Part shown: positions 55,052 through 64,000 of the stretch, piece after piece
How the letters are laid out: each line of letters opens with the position of its first letter
How positions within the stretch are numbered: position 1 is the stretch's first letter
NCBI RefSeq assembly: GCF_016432865.1
Contig: NC_067399.1
Coordinates: 569,284,001 to 569,348,000, forward strand
Direction of reading: 5' to 3'
Origin: Antechinus flavipes
Lineage: Eukaryota
DNA: 64,000 nucleotides
The notes under the pieces: generated by a model
What the model was told of the DNA's origin: nothing
What the model saw: only the letters and a program-made list of their open reading frames with translations
Databases searched by the model: none
Translations under genes and position numbers: made by a program

Positions 55052-55215
55052 CCACTCGTCATCCTCGGCCCCATCTCCTTGGCCTCGAAGCTCTGAGGCT
55101 ACTCCTTCTGAGGATTTTTGTGCCATGATATTATCTGTCCAGGATGCTCCTGTCTGCCTATCACCAGCAAAATTACACTTTGTCACTGTTCCAGCCTCAA
55201 GTTTTGCTAGAGAGC
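55052..55215 (-). CDS. ARPIN: ARPIN (Arp2/3 inhibitor) penultimate coding exon
   Basis: cttttttag|GC TCT CTA...GAG TGG|gtaag. Encodes (G)SLAKLEAGTVTKCNFAGDRQTGASWTDNIMAQKSSEGVASELRGQGDGAEDDEW; 164 bp. Confidence 0.95.
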
Positions 55216-57694
55216 CTAAAAAAGAAGAGCATTAAAATGACTATCAAAATAGAGTCAAGCAAGCCCCCAAGCCCTCAACTTACTACCACAGGTATGTTCA
55301 GCACACATTTACCAACTTGGATACCAGATGGTGGTTCTTAGATCCATGACAAAAGTCCCATAATATTATGTCACCCCTCACCCAAAGGAGCCTGTAGGAA
55401 CCTACCGAGGATTAAGAATTCCCAAGGGATTTGTCCCACACACACATATGTCTCATAATGAAACTACCTATGCACAGAAAAAAATCTGCTGAATTCTCAT
55501 GAATACTAGGAAAGATGGAGTGACCTAAGAAGTAAGGTCCATGAGAGCACCTCCATTCATGTAACCAGGGAGACATGAGCAGAGAGAAAATTGGTAAGCT
55601 AAAGAGGTTTTGAAAAGGGGAATTACAAGGGGAAAGGACCCATTGTGTAAAAATATTTGTAGCTGCTCTTTTGGTGGTAGTAAGGAATTAGAAACTGAGA
55701 TGCCCATCAGTTGGGAACTGGCTGAATCAATTCTATAAATGTTATAGAATATTATTTTCTGTAAGAAATGACCAGCAGGCTGGTTTCAGAAAGTCCTGGA
55801 GAGAAGTATATGAACATCATGATTCTGGGTAAAGCAAGCAGAACCAGGAAAACATTGTACACAGCAACAAGAAGATTATGTGATCATCAACTGTGATGGA
55901 TGTGGCTCTTTTCAACAATGAAATGATTCGGGCCAATTCCAATAGACTTGTGTTGGAGAGAGCCACCTGCAACCAGAGAGAGGACTGGGGGAATTGAGTG
56001 TGGATCACAGCAAGTATTTTCACCTTTTTTGTAGCTGTTTGCTTGGTTTTTTTCTTTCTCATTTTTTCCCTTTTGATGTAATTTTTCTTGCACAGCATGA
56101 TAAATGTGGAAATATGTTTACGAGAATTGCACACATTTAACCTATATTGGATTACTTGCTGCCCAGGACAGGAGGCAAGGGGGAAAAGAGGGAGAAAAAT
56201 TGGGAACACAAGGTTTTGCAAAGGTTAATGTTGAAAACTATCTTTGTATTTCAAAAAATAAAAAGCTATTATCATTTAAGAAAAAAATTGATGAGCAGGC
56301 TGGTGTCAGAAAAGTCTGGAAAGACTCACATGAACTGTTGCTGAGTGAAATGAGCAAAATCAGGAGAACAATGTACACAGTAACAGCAAGATTACATGAT
56401 GACCAACTAAGTCCTTCCAATTCTCAGCAATACAGTGATCCAAGATAATTGCAGTAAACTTGTGATAGAAATCCAGAAAAAGAATTACGGAAACTGAATG
56501 TAAATCAAAGCATACTATTTTTTACTTTTTCTGTTTTGTTTTTTCTTTCTCATGATTTTTCCTTTTGTTCTGATTTTTCATTCACAACATGACTAATATG
56601 GAAAAATGTTTAATATGATTGTATTTGTACAAACAATATCAGATGGCTTACTGTGTTGGGAAGAGGGGAGGGAAAAGAGCAAGGAAGAAAAATCTGGAAT
56701 TCAAAATCTTACCAAAATGAATGTCAAACTGTGATATGGGAATCAAAGTTTAAAACTATTTCCTGAATTTTACTCTTTTTTGAATAAACTCTGGTATTCT
56801 TTCTGAAACCTGATTCCTTGTTGCATTGCATCCTGGAAAGTCAGTAATAAGAAGGCCTGATAAAAATATTTACAATCAAACATTTTTTTTAAAAAAAAGC
56901 TCTTCATGTCAGCACCATGTGCTTTGTGTTTGTGTCATATGTGTTTGTGTGTATATTTGTCTTTTATATTAAATATATGTATACATACATATGTACACAC
57001 ACACCCCTAAGATAACAGACAAAAAGAAACACCATAATTAGAAACACCATAAAGAAAGCCCATGATTTCTTAAAATATATGTTCATCTAAATCAATTCCA
57101 TTTGTTCAATAATGAAGAGAACCAGCTACACCCAGTGAAAGAACTTTGGGAAATGAGTTTGAACCCAACCTAGAATTTCCAATCCCTCTGTTTTTGTCCA
57201 CTTGCATTTTTGATTTTCTTCTCAGGTTAATTTTACCTTATTTCTAAGTCTGATTTTTCTTCTGCAGCAAAATAACTGTATGGATATGTACACATATACT
57301 GTATTTAACATATACTTTAACATATTTAATATGTATTGGTCTACTTGCCATCTGGGGGAGGGAATGGAGGAAGGAGGGGAAAAGTTGGAACAGAAGGTTT
57401 TGCAAAAATTACCCATGCACACAATAAAACGTTATTTAAAAAAAAAAAAATTACCCATGCATTTATCTTGTAAATAAAAAGCTATAATAAAAAAAATAAA
57501 ATAAAACAAATATACATATATATGTTCATTATGAATATCTACTTTTTTTTTCAAAAGCACATAATTTATTTTAAAAGTTTAACAAATATTCTATTGGTAA
57601 AAAAAAAAAATGTTGAAAACTACCTTTATATGTAATTTAAAACAAAATACTATCAAGTGGAAAAATAAAAGAAAGAAAGGAAATTGCTACTCAC

Positions 57695-57901
57695 CTATAA
57701 AAGGACCATCACCCCGGGTTTTCAGACGAAGTTCTGCACCTAGCTCTAGTTCAATCTTCTCCATCTCCATCTCTGGAATCCAAAAGGCTAGTGCCTGGTC
57801 TGGAGTGTGGCATTTTGTCACCGCCACCAGCTCTGGCTTTTCCACCAGTCCCTTCAACTCCGTGGGCGAGAGCCTGTCCGTGTCACCTTTGGCTTCCACC
57901 T
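57695..57901 (-). CDS. ARPIN: ARPIN internal coding exon (exon 4 by human numbering)
   Basis: ggtcag|AG GTG GAA...ATA G|gtgagt. Encodes VEAKGDTDRLSPTELKGLVEKPELVAVTKCHTPDQALAFWIPEMEMEKIELELGAELRLKTRGDGPFI; 207 bp. Exons 1-3 were not found, so they probably lie beyond 64000. Confidence 0.95.
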
Positions 57902-58429
57902 CTGACCACCAGACCAAACAAGATTCTATTAAAGGCCTAGAATTCCTAGGCAAAACATCTTTCTGGCTCCTCAGGGTCTTCTGGGTAAGAACGAGATCCC
58001 TGGGGAATCCAGGAGCAAACAGAAGCTCTTCCAACTCACCTAACAGTCTAACCTGATCCTGCTTTCTGCTCGGAGGTCTTTCCAGGAGTCATCTGACAGC
58101 TTTTAATCATTAGGATCTTAAACCCTCAAATCCCAGGGATTACATCATACCTGTTCTATCAGAAATTCTCAAGTGTCTGAGGAGAAAATACCTCTTCTGA
58201 CAGTGAATGTATTTTCTGAGGCAGCCGGACTCCACTGATACTAAATACAGCTGTAGTCCCAAGCATGGCATTTCTCTCTCAACTTCAGGTGCTCCTTGTT
58301 TTGGGTGCTGATATCAAAGAGCCATCCCCAAAGCCCAAATGGAAACCTTTCACAAGCTGGCTGCTCCCCACCTTTCCATTCTTTTACACTTGTCTCCCCT
58401 CCACATACTCTACAATCCACTTACGAATA

Positions 58430-59270
58430 TAAACATGTATATAAACATACACCTATATATACTTATGTATAGATATAAACATATACCTATATAAAATATA
58501 AATCCAAACATGAACCTATATATACACATGTATGCATGCACATAGACATAAACACAAACCTATAAATACATGTGTGTAAATACACATATAGATATCAATA
58601 TAAACCTATACATACATGTACATGCACACACACACACATGTTTGCATACATATATATCCCACACACACGACCCAGGAACTTCACTGTGTGTACATATGTG
58701 TTTGTGTGTATATTTGTCTTTTATATTAAATATATGTATACACACATATGTACACACACTCCCTAAGATAACAGACAAAAAGAAACACCATAATAATAAT
58801 AGTGGTAGCAGCAGCTGTTGTTGGTAATGGCGGTGACAAGATAGGTAAAAGAGACATAGATATAAACATATATCTGTATAGACATATGTGTACATGCACA
58901 TCCATGTACATGTATACATATACACAGACCTAATATAATAGACAAAAGGAAACCACTCTAATAATAATAGTAGCAGCAGCAATAGTCAGTGGTTGTGCTA
59001 GTGATGACAGTAATGGTAATATAGATAGATGGCTATAAATATAGATATAGACCCTATACATACACTTGTATAAATGCACATATATGTATACGCACAGTGC
59101 AGCAGCAGTGGTCAGTGGTTGTGCTGGTGGTGACAGTAATGGGAATATAGACAAACAGAAAGCTATAAACATAGCGTTCATACATACATACATGTATTGT
59201 ATCCATACATACATGTATACCTACATGTGTGCATGCACATGCAAATGCACATGTGGATACACACACATAT
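58430..59270. repeat. Complex low-complexity repeat with about three degenerate ~165-170 bp units
   Basis: Recurring module: gacaaa.. / (aat)n / agcagcag / gtggttgtgct..tgacagtaatgg / tatagac / (TA,CA)-rich block, seen at about 58760, 58930 and 59095. Confidence 0.7.
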
Positions 59271-62200
59271 AAAAGCCTTCTTAAGAAAATGAAATCTTAA
59301 AATCATATACTTTGAGAATTAAAAGGGGCCTCGATGGTTTGTCTGGTCTGATCCATACATAAAATCCACAAGAACTGCACCAAATCAAATACATACAAAA
59401 GAAATCCCTGCTGGAGGGAACACAATTTTAAAAGCAGTCAGGGATCAATTGTTAAGATATTTCAAAGAAGGAAAGACTCCAAAAGAGAGGGAAAGATCAC
59501 ACTTAGGACTATGCCCCAAGAAAAAGGTTACTCCTGACCCAGGTGTGCTTCATACAAGCTGTCAGAGGAGCCTGTGCACACACTGATGCATCTTTTATGA
59601 ACATGAGAAGAGGCAGGTTTTCAGGTGATTTTCCTGTTCAGAGTCACATTGAGAGGGGTAGGCAACATGGCTATTGTTTGTTACAAAAAACTATTAGAAT
59701 GAACTTCAGTCTTTCCAAGGGAAGTGGCTTCCATGTGTGTTGATAACACACAGATTCTATGACAGAACTTTCAAAAATCTGGATCACGGTAAGGTGAGCC
59801 ATAAAACAGACACATGCCCAACAAATGTACAAGGGTCATGGAATTAAACAGTCTTCATGGTGCACTGGAAAGAGCATTACAATAAGCAGTTCAAATCCTG
59901 CTTCTAACACTAATATGTTAGCATGGGCAAACCTTCCTCATCTACAAAATGGGGGTATTAATGTCTATAGTATCTTAGAAGGATTTTGTGTGGATCACAT
60001 AAAATATGTAGTCTGTTTTATAAGCTTTCAAACACAACACAAACATCAGCTATTATTAACCTGAAAGAGGCTAGAAGTTGAAGAACAAATTCAGGGCAAA
60101 ATTCTCCAGATGCTCCTTTTTTGTACAAAACATTGTGTTGATCTGCAGGAAAACACAGAATTTTCTAAATAAAGGCCATAGCTTCTTTGGGGGAAAAAAA
60201 GTGGCTTAGCCATTTGACCCAGAAATAAAGTAGAGGAAAAGTACAGATTGTCCAGAATGATGATTCTCAGTGCTGCTAGGACTCTCCTCCCACAGGTGAC
60301 ACAAGTTAGGCAATGAGCTGAGTCCACCACTGAACAGGAGGAGGACATCAAGCTGGAACCCATTTGAGATATCGCCATACTTTCAATTATTCCAATTGTC
60401 TCAGTGATACAAAAAGCCTATCCTTTGAGTCAACATAATTCTACTAGTGATGGGGATGGGGTCAAGAAGGCCCAAGAATTCAAATCCAGCCTCAGACATC
60501 TCCTAGCTATCCATACTTACTAGTATAACTTTGGAAAAATCACTTAATTTCTGTTTGCCTTACTTTTATCACCTGCAAAATGGAAATAATATTAGCATCC
60601 ACCTCCCAGAATTGTAGTGAGGATCAAACAACATATTTATAAAATGCTTAATTCAATATCTAGTATATATAAGGGTATATAAATGTTAGGATGATGATGA
60701 TAATGATGATCATATCAAAATGGCAGTCAATCACGGAATATCATAATTTCAGAAGAGTCAAAAACAGCAGGTGACCCTTGAACCCATCAAAATAGAAAAG
60801 ATTGAAATATTCAAGGCTGACAGGCCTATGGAAAAATAGCTATGTTAATTCACTGACAATGGGAGCATAAATTGGTCTCTTTTCAAAATCAATATGAAAT
60901 CATGTAATAAAAGTTACAAAATTCTTCATATCTTTCAACCTAGTTATTCATTATGAGGATTCTACTCCAGAAAGGTCAATGACAACAAGGAAAGATATTA
61001 TCTTTACACAAGTTTCCAAAGAAGCACTATTCATAAAAGCAGAAAGCTGGAGACAAACTGTACACCCAGTGCCTAGAGTAAATGAATAAACTGTAGCACA
61101 TGAATGAAATGGAATATTCTTGGAATGACAAATATGAAAAATTCAGAGAAATGTGGGAACACTTCTATGAAATGATGCAGAAAGTTGATGCAAAGGACAC
61201 GATTCATGTGCCCTACAACTACGTAAATTAAGATGAACTCCAACAGCAACAAAATTCAGGCAACAACAATGGATAGTGTTGTAGTGCTGTGTATGAGTTA
61301 AAGGAAATGAGCATTTTTCTCTTTTAACAAATGGTCATTACAAAAGCAAATGGCAGTTTACACTACTCAGTCACAATTCCTCTCTTGTCCTCTTCTGCTG
61401 AATTTTTAGTGGGACTATGCTTTGGTTCTGGTTTATTTGTGCTTTGGATCAAAACAAAATTTATCAATTAATTTTTTTTAAATCCCAAAGTCCAATGGAT
61501 AGACACACAAGCAGCCTGCAGAATATTATCAGTGATGGCTTTCAAGTGAAGATAAATGTATTATCAAAATTTGGCAACAGATGGGTTAGTCACATAGCAG
61601 AAAAATGGCTAAAGAGTCAGAGAAGGAGCTCCAGTGCACTGCATAGATTCTTCATGGAATCTTTCCAGAAATATGTTTAAAATGATTGTATACATATAAC
61701 CTATATCAGAGTGCTTGCTGTCCCTTAGAGAAGGGAGAAGCTGCCCCTTGAGCTGAGAGAGGGAGGGAGAAAAAATTTGGAACTCAAAGGCTTACAAAAA
61801 TGAACGTTGAAAACTCATGTATTTGGAAAAAATAAAATATATTGAAGAGGGGAAAAGAATATATACAGAAAGACATGGGCAAGAATCCCACAGAATAAAA
61901 TAGTGTGGTTGGATCAGCATCTATACAAAGGTAGAAATTAGAAATCATACTGAGGAGATCACAGATCCATCAAGGTATTAAAAGTCTTAAGTATTAAATT
62001 GTCTGTTGCATACTATGCTTGCCATAATTTAGACAAAGGTAACATCAAGAAAGACCTGGAGTAGAAAGGTTTCCTGGATGAGCTAGGATTGGATGTAAGT
62101 CATGAAGGATGGACAAGATTTCAATGTGAATGAAACATGGAGTCAGAAATGAGAGGCTCCATCATTAAAGCTAACAGTAGAAGCTAAAAACACTTAGAAA

Positions 62201-63160
62201 TAGTATAAAGTTGGATGCTTAAGGCAGGGATATGTTTCATTTTCTTTTCTTTTAAAACAACCTTGATGTCTCTCTCCATAATGTTACTTACATTTGTTAG
62301 TATTAACCCTGATATAATATTGTGACCACATCTTAGCTTCTAGGGGATGATAAAATGAGATCATTGTAAAGTGCACACAGCAATTCATCATCATTTTTAC
62401 GAGGACAGTCCATGATTCAGGGGCTAATCCTAGAATGGAATCTAGTTCATTGCTGCCTGTGCCTATGTTAATCCAATAAGCCACCCTCCTCATTCCTCTA
62501 TTCTTTATTGTTAGGAAGTAAAATTAATCTAACTGGATTTTTTTTATCAATATTTTTGTTATCAATAGAAATCCCATGGAAGGCCAAGTTCAGGAGAACT
62601 AAAGATTGATTGGCTGACCTACCCCATTCAGCTTCATCCTTGTAGGGAAAACCAGAAAAAAATCAGGAGAAGCAATGATAGCAGAAAAGGTGAGAGGAAA
62701 CTAACAAATCAGCTGCCATGTCTAACATCACATCCGACAGCTCTTGTATTGACAGGTTATCCCCTGCCTCAGAAACAGGAGCTCCAGTTATTCTAGGGAA
62801 GAAGAGAGGTAGAAGGTAGCAAAAGGAGATAAATCCTTCTCCTCTCAATGATTCCCCCTTGGAGGCTTGGTTGGGACCCTTCACAAACTACAATGGTCTG
62901 CCACCTGATTGAACTGGCTTGTTATTTTTTTTCCCAGACCCAAAGGTGTATCTTTTTCTCTCAACTAGTCACAGTTATTTTCTGTGTAACATTATCTATT
63001 TTTAATCCAATGATCAAAGCACTTTATTACTTTCAATTTATACTATTCAGTCACAATTCCTCTCTTGTGCTCTTCTGCTGAATTTTTGGTGAGGCTATAC
63101 TTTGGTTTTGGTTTATTTGTGCTTTGGATTAAAAAGTTGACCCTTAAAACATTTTTACAA

Positions 63161-64000
63161 TCAAAGGTTCTGATAAAGGCCTCATTTCCAAAATATATAG
63201 AGAATTGACTCTAATCATAAGAAATCAAACCATTCTCCAATTGATAAATGGTCAAAAGATATGAACAGACAATTCTCAGATGAAGAAATTGAAACTATTT
63301 ATAGACATATGAAAATATGCTCCAAGTCATTATTAATCAGAGAAATGCAAATTGAGACAACTCTGAGATACCACTACACACCTGTCAGATTGGCTAGAAT
63401 GACAGGGAAAGATAATGCGGAATGTTGGAGGGGATGTGGGAAAACAGGGACACTGATACATTGTTGGTGGAATTGTGAACACATCCAGCCATTCTGGAGA
63501 GCAATTTGGAACTATGCTCAAAAAGTTATCAAAGTGTGCATACCCTTCGATCCAGCAGTGTTTCTACTGGGCTTATACTCCAAAGAGATACTAAAGAAGG
63601 GAAAGGGACCTGCATGTGCCAAAATGTTTGTGGCAGCCCTGTTTGTAGTGGCTAGAAGCTGGAAAATGAAAGGATGCCCATCAATTGGAGGATGGTTGAG
63701 TAAATTGTGGTATATGAACGTTATGGAATATTATTGTTCTGTAAGAAATGACCAGAGGGATGAATACAGAGAGGACTGGCGAGACTTACATGAACTGATG
63801 CTAAGTGAAATGAGCAGAACCAGGAGACCATTATGTACCTCAACAATGATACTGTTTGAGGATGTATTCTGATGGAAGGGGATCTCTTCGATAAAGAGAG
63901 CTAATTCAGTTTCAATTGATCAAGGATGGACAGAAGCAGCTACACCCAAAGAAAGAACACTGGGAAATGAATATAAACTGCTTGCATTTTTTGTTTTTCT
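63161..64000 (+). mobile_element. 5'-truncated young L1, runs off the window
   Basis: The 203-aa ORF 63261-63872 is an uninterrupted L1 ORF2 C-terminus, followed by 3'UTR like the copies at 19.2 kb and 37.4 kb. Confidence 0.93.

Noticed and set aside
57902-58034. In-frame 44-codon N-terminal extension of ARPIN exon 4 in ORF 57687..58034
   Set aside because: The ORF starts at TTG, not ATG, has no similarity to ARPIN exon 3, and a proper AG acceptor sits at 57902-57903. It is open intronic frame by chance.
60091-60378. ORF with GSSLMSSS, superficially like ARPIN exon 3 GFLMSSY
   Set aside because: The surrounding residues are unrelated; it is a chance match.
62663-62884. ORF containing GDNLSIQELSDV, considered as ARPIN exon 2
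   Set aside because: It does not match GNGVLLEGELIDVSRHSI convincingly and has no correctly sized donor. No ARPIN exon 1-3 was found in 58-64 kb.

Overview
Marsupial genomic DNA, most likely a dasyurid. This is inferred from WSINE1/MAR1-type SINEs, marsupial L1 and RTE remnants, and a 'KDALG'-type cytochrome b fragment. The window holds two genes, both on the minus strand. AP3S2 (AP-3 sigma-2) is complete: six exons at 48590-48658, 41548-41639, 41081-41192, 40265-40336, 13156-13263 and 4755-4883 give 193 aa, and all introns are GT-AG. Upstream lie the last three coding exons of ARPIN (57695-57901, 55052-55215, 52271-52279). ARPIN exon 5 and AP3S2 exon 2 are phase-compatible, as in the human ARPIN-AP3S2 read-through. 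The rest is intron or UTR, dense in repeats, with one 179-N gap. Notable accessory structure: an L1 3' transduction with target-site duplication (TSD), a cytochrome b NUMT inserted into an L1, a 1.3-kb ~99.5% identical tandem duplication, two solo LTRs with 4-bp TSDs, an ERV 5' remnant with a tRNA-Gln-like PBS, nested L1s, several tiny retro-insertion stubs, and four 50-150 bp local duplications spaced 1.1-1.8 kb apart. I found no evidence of a novel protein-coding system. Repeat family names come from recognition, not from a database search.
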